Shown in pieces: positions 53,249 to 63,231 of a stretch of 64,000 bases of DNA; the stretch's first letter is position 1; every line of letters starts with the position of its first letter. This stretch comes from Candidatus Hydrogenedentota bacterium (GTDB lineage Bacteria; Hydrogenedentota; Hydrogenedentia; Hydrogenedentales; SLHB01). The notes under the pieces are model-generated. The model saw only the letters and a program-made list of their open reading frames with translations. It was not told the DNA's origin and made no database searches. The stretch covers positions 448,001 through 512,000 of the forward strand of contig CAXXTH010000010.1 in assembly GCA_963668025.2 (NCBI GenBank), given 5' to 3'. Position numbers and translations under genes: made by a program.

Positions 53249-55879
53249 TCACCGCCGTGCGTGGGCGGCGGCAATCGTGTCTTCGACGATCTCCATGAGT
53301 TGCCGGAGTTGGAACGGTTTGCGCAAACTAGCCGCTGCCCCGCACCGCATCGCATCATCCACGTCTTCTTGCCGGGAAGAGCCCATCATGGCGATCACCG
53401 GGGAGGCGTCGCCTCGATCCCGCAGTTTTGACAGTACCGCATAACTCCCATTTCCGGACAGGCGCATATCCAGGAGCACCAATTCAGGCGAGTGGGAGAT
53501 GATCTCCTCGATAGCTTGTTCGCCGCTTTCCGCGGTGAAGACCGAATATCCCCGGTCCGACAAGGCCTTGCGAAGCACATTCCGGACCGTCGAGTCGCCG
53601 TCCGCCACGAGCACGGCCCGTTCAAGCGGGTCTTTTGTTTCCTCGATGATCACGGGAATAGAGGACGGTTCAAAGGGAATAATAGGCTCTTCCGGTTCTT
53701 CGGAAACCACCGAGGGGCTTGCGGCGGGCCATACCAGCGTAAACGCGGTGCCCAGTTCAGGATCGCTCTCGGCCTCCAAGCGCCCGCTGTGCGCGCGCAT
53801 GATCTCGCGGCATACTGCTAATCCGAGGCCCGCGCCGCCACTAGACTCGCTGGCCGGTTCAAAAAGCTCCTCGATCTGATGGGCGGGAACACCGCGCCCG
53901 CTATTGGCGAAGCGCATGGAAACGGCCCGGCGATCCGGTTCCGCCCAGGTTTGGATGGTGAGGACGCCGCCGTTTTCCCGCAAATTATGTATTGCGTGCT
54001 GTACAAGATTCGTAATAGCGGTTTCCAAGAGCCGCCGGTCCGCCATAATGCGCGGCAGGCCCTCGGCGTATTTTTCAACCACGCGGACGCCTTGCGTTTC
54101 GAGTTCGCGCCGTTCTTGCACGATTAGTTCATGCACGGCGTAATTGAGTTTGCATGGCTCGGACGCAGGCGATTCCCGCCGGGCAAGATAGAGTAGATTC
54201 GCTAAGGTCAGCCGAACGGCGTTCGTATGGCGCATGACCGTTTCCAACGCCCGGCTGTCTTGCGTATCGGCTGTTTTTTCCGCGAGCCGCTCGATGTGCC
54301 CCATGGCTGCGGATAAAGGGGCTTCCATGGAACGCACGGCATGCGCGGCGAATTCGCCCACGCGCGCCAGGCGTTTCGCTTCAAGCAATTTATGTTCGAG
54401 AGCGCTTTCGCGTTGGAGCCGCACGGCCATCTCTTCGATGCGCCCCGATAAGCGTTCTTCCGCGCGCCCGCGCGCCACCGCCAATCCGCAAGCCGAAGCG
54501 AACGCCATGAGTTCCGAGAAGCTTTCGCCGCTCATATCGAATTGGCAGGCCGTGGCGTCGAATAGGATTTGCCCATAACAGCGGTCGCCCGCCAGCATCG
54601 GAGCCGCGACCAGCCCTTCCCATTGGGCGATTTCCCGCATGCCTGCGCCCGCCCAGCCTGCTTGATCCAATCCCATGCCCAAGGCCTGCAACGCGCGCAG
54701 CACGGGCGCTTCGCCAGATTCCATGCCCGCCATGGCGGCGCGGTCCAGCGGCACGACTTGCTTGGCGAGCGGCACTCGAGGGTTTGCCCACGTGGCGAGA
54801 TACAACTCCTGGTTCAGGGCGTCCACGATGCAGCAAATCCCAGGGGAAACCCCGAGTCCGTCTCGAATGGATGCGGCCAGGATTTCGAGCATTTCATCGA
54901 GCGCGAGGCCAGGATGTAATTGCTGGTTCATCTGATTCAGTGCGTGCAAACGGCGCACTTGCCGCCGCACCGCCACTGTTTCATCTTCTGTCCGGGTTTG
55001 GGATTCAAGGGCTTCAATTGCCGCAGCGCGCAGTGCGTCTTGCAGGCCATCGAGGCTGCTTCGATCCAGCGCAAAAGAGCTGATCCGCCCGCGCACGGCT
55101 TCCGCAGCCGCCTTGCGGATCTGTTCCGCATCTTCCCCGTTGAGTTTAAGGCGCAGCAGGAGCCCTTCGGGCAGCGCGGCCAGCGATGGCGGCGCTTCCA
55201 TACGCTCGCCAGGCCGGGGCGCAAGGGCGTCCGACAACATAGCCACATCCAGCAGGTGTCCGCCATCCGGCGGACCTTCCATTTGGCCGGGTGCGTGATG
55301 ATGCAGCCATATGGCTTCCACGAGAGGTTCGGGCAATCGCCAGCGTTCGGCCAGCCATTTCCCCGCCAGGGTGTGGCTGCATTCATTCTCATAATCGGTG
55401 AATAAGGCGCTCCCGCCACCTACGCTATACAGCGCCAAGCGCCCCAAATCATGAAGGAGCCCGGCCAGGTAGGCTTCATGCGGCGCGGCGCATCCGGTGC
55501 GCTCCGCAATCAAGCGGCAGCAGGCCGCACTGAATAATGACTCGCGCCATAAGCCGTCCACTTCAGAGTCCAACGCTTGCGTCTGATCGAACCGGTTCGC
55601 CATGGCCATGCGCAGCAGCAACGTGCGCAAGCGCGCCATGCCGATGCGTTCAAGGACCGCCTGCGGCGATGGTATCGTGGATGGCGCGGCATAGGAAGAC
55701 GGGCGGGAAACATATAACATATAGGCCCCGAGGCCCGGATCGCTGAATACCAACTGCGCCACGGAAGCCGGATTCGGCGCAATATCACTCAGTGCGCTGA
55801 GCGTTTTGCTCAACACATACGGATGCACGGGCAGCTCGCGCAACTGTTCGAGCCGCCGTTTGATGCTTTGCCGTTCCAT
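53249..55879 (-). CDS. HDOD - GAF - degenerate histidine kinase - receiver hybrid protein
   Basis: AGLLHDLG and W.LP..HH (HDOD); GAGLGL ATP lid; LLDMRL/KPF receiver domain. Confidence 0.82.
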   Translation of the reverse strand: MERQSIKRRLEQLRELPVHPYVLSKTLSALSDIAPNPASVAQLVFSDPGLGAYMLYVSRPSSYAAPSTIPSPQAVLERIGMARLRTLLLRMAMANRFDQTQALDSEVDGLWRESLFSAACCRLIAERTGCAAPHEAYLAGLLHDLGRLALYSVGGGSALFTDYENECSHTLAGKWLAERWRLPEPLVEAIWLHHHAPGQMEGPPDGGHLLDVAMLSDALAPRPGERMEAPPSLAALPEGLLLRLKLNGEDAEQIRKAAAEAVRGRISSFALDRSSLDGLQDALRAAAIEALESQTRTEDETVAVRRQVRRLHALNQMNQQLHPGLALDEMLEILAASIRDGLGVSPGICCIVDALNQELYLATWANPRVPLAKQVVPLDRAAMAGMESGEAPVLRALQALGMGLDQAGWAGAGMREIAQWEGLVAAPMLAGDRCYGQILFDATACQFDMSGESFSELMAFASACGLAVARGRAEERLSGRIEEMAVRLQRESALEHKLLEAKRLARVGEFAAHAVRSMEAPLSAAMGHIERLAEKTADTQDSRALETVMRHTNAVRLTLANLLYLARRESPASEPCKLNYAVHELIVQERRELETQGVRVVEKYAEGLPRIMADRRLLETAITNLVQHAIHNLRENGGVLTIQTWAEPDRRAVSMRFANSGRGVPAHQIEELFEPASESSGGAGLGLAVCREIMRAHSGRLEAESDPELGTAFTLVWPAASPSVVSEEPEEPIIPFEPSSIPVIIEETKDPLERAVLVADGDSTVRNVLRKALSDRGYSVFTAESGEQAIEEIISHSPELVLLDMRLSGNGSYAVLSKLRDRGDASPVIAMMGSSRQEDVDDAMRCGAAASLRKPFQLRQLMEIVEDTIAAAHARR

Positions 55880-55923
55880 ACCGCTACCTCTCAACAAATA
55901 GGCGGATTACAGAGATTTGCTAT

Positions 55924-56000
55924 TCCCGTAGCATGGGCGTCCCGCCCATGTAGCTTTGGCTCTAGCACGTGCATCATGGGCGGGACGCCCATGTACGGAA
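55924..56000. repeat. GTAG-type REP doublet
   Basis: CCCGTAGCATGGGCGTCCCGCCCATG ... CATGGGCGGGACGCCCATGTACGG. Confidence 0.85.
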
Positions 56001-56118
56001 AATTCTTTTAACTCGCGGCCACAAAATCCGTATTACGAATTGCGGCTTGCCCACGCTACGCATATTCGAGTCTAAGTGGGCCGCGCGGTTTTGTCAATGA
56101 AGAAACCGTAAACGGGGA

Positions 56119-57105
56119 TTACTTAATCACCCTCAAGACTTCCTCGAACGTCTCGCAGAAATGGCTACACAATTCCTGGGCGCCACTCTGCCGGATATTG
56201 CCGCCGCCAAATCCAATAGTAGGGAAGCCCGCCAGCCGAATCGAACACACGCCCGCGCCGCTATCCTCGATGCCCACCACGTGGTTGCGCTGGGCGAATT
56301 CGATGCCGAGGCCCACGCGCGCCGTTTCGGCGTAGAGCCAAGGATGGGGCTTGGGCGACAATTCGCCCAGCGTGCCCACCTCGCCCCTGCGCAACGGGAA
56401 ACCGGCGGTAATCGCGGCGTCGTAGAATGCCTTCGGGTCGCCCATATCGAGCGTGCGGAAAGCGGAAAGAATCTCCGGCCAGGCCTTTTCATAGAGTCCG
56501 GAAGTGACCACGCCGATCTTAATATTCATGGCCTTGAGTTCGTATAAAAACTCTTTCAACCCTGGCGATGGCGTGAATGCGTTCTCGCGGCCCCGGCCCG
56601 CCATGATCTCCGCCAATTCATAATGGGTATGCTGGAAATAGCACGTGCGGGCTTCCTCGACCGTCTTGGCCGGGCAATATTTGTTGATACAGTACTTGAG
56701 ATGCTCCGATACGCTGTGCCCGGCGACATACGGCAAGTCCGCCTCTTCGAGTTCAAAACGAGGGTCGCCGAGCAGGCTGGAAGTGGTTTTTTGCATGATC
56801 CACACCCAGAATTCCTCACTGCGCACGCTGGTGCCATCCAGGTCCATCAAGACGGCTTTCACCGGTTTCTCGAGCCGCACCGGGTGGACTGGGTAATACG
56901 CCGGATAGCCCATGGCGCTGGTGACATACGCCAGCGAATGGGACTCGAAGGCGATGAACTCGACCTTCTTGTCGCCGGTGGCGGTGATGGATTTCACGCC
57001 ATCCACACCCACGCGGAACATCCCATCGCTGCATTGTTCGAGTGGCGTAAATCCCGATTGATCCGAGATTTCGCCAATCCCTGGAATATCGACTAAGACA
57101 CCCAT
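56119..57105 (-). CDS. HAD superfamily hydrolase
   Basis: MDLDGT, VTSG, PKPHP, IEDS; GGAGG RBS. Confidence 0.85.
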   Translation of the reverse strand: MGVLVDIPGIGEISDQSGFTPLEQCSDGMFRVGVDGVKSITATGDKKVEFIAFESHSLAYVTSAMGYPAYYPVHPVRLEKPVKAVLMDLDGTSVRSEEFWVWIMQKTTSSLLGDPRFELEEADLPYVAGHSVSEHLKYCINKYCPAKTVEEARTCYFQHTHYELAEIMAGRGRENAFTPSPGLKEFLYELKAMNIKIGVVTSGLYEKAWPEILSAFRTLDMGDPKAFYDAAITAGFPLRRGEVGTLGELSPKPHPWLYAETARVGLGIEFAQRNHVVGIEDSGAGVCSIRLAGFPTIGFGGGNIRQSGAQELCSHFCETFEEVLRVIK

Positions 57106-57180
57106 AGAGCCTCCCGAGGACCGTTTTCGTGAAAGATTGGGAAATAGGGAATAAACGCTGCCGCACACTATCCGGGGAGT

Positions 57181-58770
57181 CTAGCGTATCGGCTCCTCCA
57201 TGGGCAACCTGATGGTCCATATGGAAAATGGCCCGGAGATGTGGTCGAGGACATAGGGTGGCGTTTTCACGCCTAGAAAGCCCAGTTGGCGCTCGGGCTC
57301 CTGGCCAAATCCCACCACGCATACGCGGAGCTGGCCTGCATCGAGCCGTTCTTGCAGCTCCGTGTACCGCGCATCGCCCGATTCATACGCGATGGCGGCG
57401 GCGTGATGCAGGGGAACGGCTGCGCGTTCGGGGAACATATTGGCCAAGGTGGTGTCCGTGGTGAAAAACAATCCATCTGGCTCCTGGATGAGCGACTGCC
57501 GCAGCCATTGCGCCACGGGTGTCCGAGTCGAAAACAAATCACGATGGAGTGGGTAATCCCGTTGAAGCTGCACCGCCATGGGCGGCAGCCAGCACAGTAC
57601 GAGCGCGGCCAGGGCGCATCCGAGGGCGCGGCGCATGGCGGGCGTGCTGGCATTAAAGCTTTCGTGTAACAGTCCGGCAAGGGCGGCGAGTGCAATAGCC
57701 AGAAAATCGTTGAAATAGTGGTAGGCCGAACCTGCCCGGAGCGACGTGGCCGCCGCGAACAAGAACGCAAATCCGAGCGCAAAGGCCAAAAAATGGCGCG
57801 GTAAACCGGCTTCCGGGCGTAGCCATGCACCCACGGCCAGCATACATCCAAAGAGCACGAATCCGAGTCCGTGTTCCATGAACAACGGACGGTAGACTTT
57901 TTCCCATGCGTTGCCAAGGTCCAGTCCGGCATGCGCCGATATGCCGGTATTTTGCCAGGCGGCGCTTCCAAATAGGATGGCCTTTACGGCGATGGCCAGC
58001 AGCAAACAGGCCGCGCATGCGCCCGAGAACAAGAAGAAACGCCGCCAGCTCTTCGTAAGAAGCAAGAAAAGCCATGCCATGGCGATTACTTGAATGCCGG
58101 TCTGTTTGGCAAAGAACGCCAGCACGCCCATGCCGGCCGCAAGGATGATCCACCTGTCCGAGGCGCGTGGACGCGGGGTATTCAACGATGCTGCCGTGGC
58201 GCACCAGGATGCGGCGGTGCAGCAATTCAGGAGTGCGTCGGGCCTCGCAAGAAAGCCCCACGGGGCTTGCAAGACCAACAAGGCGGAACAGGCGATACCA
58301 GCCAGGGCCGGGGCCACACGCAGGACGCGTGTGCAGAAGAGGTAAAGCAGCGCGAGCAGGGCCAACTCGAGCGCCAACGAGATGCTTCGGCCCAATCGAG
58401 TGACGGCTTCGGCATCGCCGGGTTCGATGCCCGCCACGCGTGAAAGTGCAAAAACGGCATACGGATACACAAAGCTGTGTTCCGTGATGTCGTAGTAGAG
58501 TTTTTCGGGGTCCGTGTACATTGGCCTGCCCAGGAGCAGTTTTTGCACCGAATACACGAAGCTGGGCTCGACACCCCGGATGTCGGCCACATCGCTGGCG
58601 GCCATACGGACGCCCAAGGCCGATACCAACGCCGCGCACGCCAGTGCGATAATGCAGGCCGCCATCGGCGCAAAGTCCAGCAAGCGGCCAAGCGGAAGCC
58701 AAAGAACGCGCCAGGCGCTATCTGGCCAATGATCCCTGGAAGGCTCACTTCTCTCTTGGGGGTCGTCCAT
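57181..58770 (-). CDS. Multi-TM GT-C-like membrane protein
   Basis: Many TM segments; ARPD and FAKQ motifs typical of GT-C enzymes. Confidence 0.65.
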   Translation of the reverse strand: MDDPQERSEPSRDHWPDSAWRVLWLPLGRLLDFAPMAACIIALACAALVSALGVRMAASDVADIRGVEPSFVYSVQKLLLGRPMYTDPEKLYYDITEHSFVYPYAVFALSRVAGIEPGDAEAVTRLGRSISLALELALLALLYLFCTRVLRVAPALAGIACSALLVLQAPWGFLARPDALLNCCTAASWCATAASLNTPRPRASDRWIILAAGMGVLAFFAKQTGIQVIAMAWLFLLLTKSWRRFFLFSGACAACLLLAIAVKAILFGSAAWQNTGISAHAGLDLGNAWEKVYRPLFMEHGLGFVLFGCMLAVGAWLRPEAGLPRHFLAFALGFAFLFAAATSLRAGSAYHYFNDFLAIALAALAGLLHESFNASTPAMRRALGCALAALVLCWLPPMAVQLQRDYPLHRDLFSTRTPVAQWLRQSLIQEPDGLFFTTDTTLANMFPERAAVPLHHAAAIAYESGDARYTELQERLDAGQLRVCVVGFGQEPERQLGFLGVKTPPYVLDHISGPFSIWTIRLPMEEPIR

Positions 58771-58775
58771 GTTCT

Positions 58776-58810
58776 ACCCCAAACCCCAAACCCTAGACCC
58801 TAGACCCTAC
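58776..58810. repeat. Heptamer tandem repeat (5 units)
   Basis: ACCCCAA ACCCCAA ACCCTAG ACCCTAG ACCCTAC. Confidence 0.85.
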
Positions 58811-60000
58811 TCCACAATATCCTTGCTCACCACTTCACCCGGCAGCGTCGAGGTGTTCGGCCACAGCTTCCGTCCCGGATAGATGTCGGTGTGGATGCCT
58901 GTATGGACGCCGTCCGCAATGATCGCGCCTAGTTTGCGGCGGCCAGTGTCGATCTTTTCGCCTTTGATGATGGAATGGACATGCAGGCCGTCATGGCGCA
59001 AATTGGCCGTGATCGTGCCTGCTCCGAGATTGCTTCCCGCTCCGATGATGCTGTCGCCCACATAACTCAGGTGCGGCGCCGCGGCGCCGTCCATGAGGAT
59101 GCTGTTCTTGATTTCGACGGCATGCCCCACATGGCATTTATTTCCGATGGTCGCGCCAGGCCGCAGCCAGCAATTGGGGCCAATGGCGCAGTTTTCGCCG
59201 ATGTAGACCGGGCCGTCGATCACAACGCCAGAGCGGATGACGCTGCCTTTGCCGATCACGACCGCGCCATTGATATGGGCCGCAGGGCTTACTTCGCCTT
59301 CGATGCGCCGCTCGATGGTTTTGAGCAGCACTTCGTTTGCGTCGAGCAAATGCCATGGATACCCAATGGGCAGCCAATACCCTTCTTGCTCGACCACGCG
59401 GAACTCGGACTGCTCCGCGAAGGTCTGGATGGCGCTCGTGATCTCGATCTCGCCCCGTTCGCTGGGGGCTGTTTGTTTGAGGATCTCGAATATCTCCGGG
59501 GTGAACCGGTATGCGCCGATATTGGCGATGTTCGAAAACACTTCTTTCGGCTTTTCGACCAGGCGCACGACCCGCCCGCTGGCGTCCACTTCATAAATGC
59601 CATACAGGCGTGGGTCTTCCACATGCCTCACCAGCGCGGCGCTCTCCGCTGCCGCCAGGCGGCGGAGATCTTTCGGATCATACAGGTCGTCCCCGTTTAG
59701 CGCCAGGAAAGGCTCCTGCACATGCTCGTTGCATTGCAAGATCGCATGGCCGGTCCCCAGTTGTTCTTTTTGTTCCACATAGGTAATGCGCATGCCCTTA
59801 TACGAAGAGCCAAACGCTTCTATGATCATCTCCTTCCGATATCCCACCACCAGTATTGCTTCATCCGCCAGCCCCAGCAGCGCGTCAAGCTGATGGCACA
59901 ACATAGGCCGTGTGAGCAGCGGCAATAGCGGCTTGGGCCGCGTCAAGGTGAGAGGATACGTCCGGGTCGATTTTCCCGCCGCCATGATGATTACTTTCAT
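58807..60000 (-). CDS. glmU: Bifunctional sugar-1-phosphate nucleotidyltransferase/acetyltransferase (archaeal-type GlmU)
   Basis: MAAGKSTRTYPLT..PKP, RGEIEIT, hexapeptide repeats, HLSYVGDS, TGRRKLGA. Confidence 0.8.
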   Translation of the reverse strand: MKVIIMAAGKSTRTYPLTLTRPKPLLPLLTRPMLCHQLDALLGLADEAILVVGYRKEMIIEAFGSSYKGMRITYVEQKEQLGTGHAILQCNEHVQEPFLALNGDDLYDPKDLRRLAAAESAALVRHVEDPRLYGIYEVDASGRVVRLVEKPKEVFSNIANIGAYRFTPEIFEILKQTAPSERGEIEITSAIQTFAEQSEFRVVEQEGYWLPIGYPWHLLDANEVLLKTIERRIEGEVSPAAHINGAVVIGKGSVIRSGVVIDGPVYIGENCAIGPNCWLRPGATIGNKCHVGHAVEIKNSILMDGAAAPHLSYVGDSIIGAGSNLGAGTITANLRHDGLHVHSIIKGEKIDTGRRKLGAIIADGVHTGIHTDIYPGRKLWPNTSTLPGEVVSKDIVE

Positions 60001-60097
60001 CTCGATTCTCCTGTTTTGAGTGCGGTGAAAAGAGATGATAGCGAAACCGGCTGAAGAACAACAAGAGGAAGGCCACCGCGTTTTCCGGGTCTCCGGC

Positions 60098-62728
60098 TCA
60101 ACGAACGCAGTAAAGGCAGCCGTCCTGGCCTTGGAGCAGAATCGAGGCTTGCCCATCCCCTGTAACATCGGCTATGGCCGGTGCTCCGATGTAGCTGGGG
60201 AGTTGCAGCCGCCAGAGAACGGCTCCGGCATCGCCCGCGGCAGAAGCGCCCACGCAGTAAAGCCACGTGGCGGATGTGAAGAGGGCTTCATCGCGCCCGT
60301 CGCCGTTGATGTCCGCCGAGGCGGAGTGCCATGCAGCGCCTTTTGTCGTCTCTGGAGTTTGCATTCGCCATAGACGCTTTCCCGTGGCCGTGTCGTAGCA
60401 ACGAAGGCCATCCGCTGCCCCGAACACCATCGCTTCCATCCGACCGGCGGCATCGAAACGCCCGACGGCGGGGTATACGAAGCCATTTTCGTCCAACGAT
60501 TCCCACCAGACAAGTTTCATGTCAGGGCGCGCGACAAGGTTAAGCGCGCCTTTGGTGGAGGCGAAAAAGAGTGTGGAGAGGCCGTTGTTTTCGAAGTCGC
60601 CCGCGATGGGCGCGCCCCAGTACACGGGCTTCATGGGGATTTCGTCCCAGGATGCGTCTTTGGCGATGATGTCCGCGCCGGTAGTCCCCTTCAGGATGTA
60701 GAATAAACTCGGATGGAAAGATGCGGCGTCATCCAGGCCGTCACCGTCAAAATCAGCCACGGCGAAAATTTGCCCGCCTACGCCGCGTCCGCTGATTTGC
60801 CTGTCGCGATGCCAGAGCTCGCGGCCATCACGGCCGGAAAGCAAATAGGTCTCCTCCGTGTGCATGATGGTGCGGCGCACCGTGACCAGCACATCGCTGC
60901 GTTGGAGATTGGTAAAGTGGCCCGCCTGCCAGTAGATAATCCCGCCGGTATTCCAAACGGGCGCTGTCCCAGGAATCCGTGGAAAATCGTGGCGCCACAG
61001 TTCCTGTCCATCCAAATTCGCCGCGATGAAGCGGCCGTGGCCCTCGGGAGAAGAGGTGGCATACAAGACCTGGCGGCCGCCGCCGCCCTTCAGGTCAGCG
61101 CCGACGAAGCCCAGCGTGGAAGGCCAGTCGCCGGTTTGTCCACGTCCCGGGAAGCGGCGCAGTTCCTCCGGTTCGGCGTCGTTCGGGGATACGCGCAACA
61201 TCACGCACGTCTCGTCTGAGCCTTGGGCGGCAATTACTGCTGGGGCTCCCTGTTCACGCAGCACGATGGGCGGCGGCGGATAGGGAATGCCGCGAGGAGT
61301 CGAGGCTAATTTTATTAACGAAGCCTTTCTAGGCGCAGGGTCCGTGACGGCGGACGGCGGGCATGTCGCGCGGAAAAGGACATCGCCCTCTGCATCAAGT
61401 GCGAGGCCAGACAACTGCGGGGCTGTTACCGAGGCGATGGAATCGAACTTGCCAGAACCAAAACGCACGACATCGAGCGCGCACTGGTTTTCGGGCGCGC
61501 GCCGCCGGACGACGAAGGCCGCGCTATCGGCGACGGGGCGGCAGAGCACATCTTCGCGTCCACGGGTGGCGGCGGTGTTGATGTGAACCGGCGCCGGCGG
61601 CTCCCAAATCTGCCACGCGGCCTGCTTCCGTTGCCACAAAACTTTCCCGCCTTTTCCTTTGAGGCTGCGGATGCGGATGGTGGCGTATTCGGGTACATGC
61701 ACATCGTGCGTAGCAGCCGTGAATAGGTCGTCTGCGCCGTCGCCGTTTACGTCTGATACCCCTTGCAAGATCTCATCGCCAAAATCGGCCTTAACGGCGC
61801 CCGTCATACCGTCGAATACAAGCAAATGCCAGCGGCGGTCTCCCGAATCGTTAAAAATGCTCACCAGCACCTCCTTCCGGCCGTCGCCATCTGCATCGGC
61901 CACGGCGCGGCAGTACGCGCGGAGCATTTTCTGGGGATTATCGAGCGTAAGCTCAACCTCCCGCCGCCATAGCAGGCTCAATTTCCCCTCCCGCCATCCC
62001 AGTACGTCTATGTGCTTTGCGAAGTCGGCCAGGACGACGAATTCCGAGCTCCCGCCGCCATCAAGGTCTTCGGCGTATAGAGCGCCGTAACTGCGTCCTT
62101 CCGTGAACTTGCATCGCTCCTCGAGCTTTCCGGTCCGCGCATCGAACACGAGCAGCTCGTGCCAGGGCAGGAGCGCGACCTCGGGATTTCCGTCGTTATC
62201 AAAGTCGCCAGCCACCGGCAGCGGCTGGAACAACAACTCGATGGGTTCCGTTTGCCAGACTTGCGTCCATTGGCCCGCTCTCCACGCAAAACACCGGCCA
62301 ACGCAGCTCAGCCACTGGTTGTTGATCTGGGGCTTGTCGAAACCGCTCTCGAATTCGAGCTTCTCGAGCCCCGGCGCATCCGCGAAGACATCATAGTATG
62401 TGACAGTGGTGCTGTTCTGCACAGGCGTGAGCTGGCCCGCGATCTCTCCCTCGGGCGCAACCAGGCCCCATCGTGCGTCCACGGCAGTTGGTGGCGAGGC
62501 CGGAGCGGCGGGCGTGGATTCTGGCCGGAGGACGTAGTCGGTATCGGTTACACCGATGAATTTCTTCCACACGATATGGGGTGCTTGTACGATAGCGCCC
62601 TTGATGGCCGTTCGGCCGTCAACGCTCGGGTTCGCGCGGTAACAAGGCCATTCGCCCAGCCCTGGGAAGGCACCGGGAGCGGCGCTCAAAACAGATAGAA
62701 AGATGAACATGCCCATGGTTGCCATCAT
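60098..62728 (-). CDS. Secreted FG-GAP/VCBS repeat beta-propeller protein
   Basis: Signal peptide; repeated D-x-D-G-D-G motifs. Confidence 0.78.
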   Translation of the reverse strand: MMATMGMFIFLSVLSAAPGAFPGLGEWPCYRANPSVDGRTAIKGAIVQAPHIVWKKFIGVTDTDYVLRPESTPAAPASPPTAVDARWGLVAPEGEIAGQLTPVQNSTTVTYYDVFADAPGLEKLEFESGFDKPQINNQWLSCVGRCFAWRAGQWTQVWQTEPIELLFQPLPVAGDFDNDGNPEVALLPWHELLVFDARTGKLEERCKFTEGRSYGALYAEDLDGGGSSEFVVLADFAKHIDVLGWREGKLSLLWRREVELTLDNPQKMLRAYCRAVADADGDGRKEVLVSIFNDSGDRRWHLLVFDGMTGAVKADFGDEILQGVSDVNGDGADDLFTAATHDVHVPEYATIRIRSLKGKGGKVLWQRKQAAWQIWEPPAPVHINTAATRGREDVLCRPVADSAAFVVRRRAPENQCALDVVRFGSGKFDSIASVTAPQLSGLALDAEGDVLFRATCPPSAVTDPAPRKASLIKLASTPRGIPYPPPPIVLREQGAPAVIAAQGSDETCVMLRVSPNDAEPEELRRFPGRGQTGDWPSTLGFVGADLKGGGGRQVLYATSSPEGHGRFIAANLDGQELWRHDFPRIPGTAPVWNTGGIIYWQAGHFTNLQRSDVLVTVRRTIMHTEETYLLSGRDGRELWHRDRQISGRGVGGQIFAVADFDGDGLDDAASFHPSLFYILKGTTGADIIAKDASWDEIPMKPVYWGAPIAGDFENNGLSTLFFASTKGALNLVARPDMKLVWWESLDENGFVYPAVGRFDAAGRMEAMVFGAADGLRCYDTATGKRLWRMQTPETTKGAAWHSASADINGDGRDEALFTSATWLYCVGASAAGDAGAVLWRLQLPSYIGAPAIADVTGDGQASILLQGQDGCLYCVR

Positions 62729-62783
62729 GGATCGTTACACTCCTTGATGTTGAATGCCCAGAATTGCATCACGAAGAGCGGCG

Positions 62784-63006
62784 GCGGGCCAGGCAGAGAA
62801 TCGCATTAAGAACAATTCCGAATTGGCCTCAAGAGGCGCAAAAGACGCAAGAATCCATTCGTTTTTGTGTCCTTTGCGCCTTTTGTGGCTCATTCTCCGG
62901 AAATGTGGGGAGTGGTGTTCCAGATATGTTTGGACAAACAAACACAAATGCTCTGGTAAGAATGAAAAGCATAGCTTTTTTCATGCGATTGTCCTCGCGG
63001 GCCAGG
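62784..63006. mobile_element. MITE-like element with 10-bp target-site duplication
   Basis: GCGGGCCAGG at 62784-62793 and 62997-63006; imperfect TIRs with AATCGCAT/ATGCGATT core; internal periodic hairpin at 62820-62895. Confidence 0.65.
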
Positions 63007-63231
63007 TTTTTGAAACAACGCCTCGCGCCTGTTACAGTTAAGCTGGCTAGAAAATGTGAAACTTCCAAGCAACAATAAAACTGCTATAGCATATTTCAAT
63101 CCGTTTCCTGTCGAATGATGGAGGCAAGCTCAATAGGTGAGCCAGCCTCTTTGCGGAAATCGGCGTCATGAACATGGCAATCCGGGCGAACAGCCCCAAA
63201 TTAACGGAACCGGCTCGTTAGGAAACCAATC

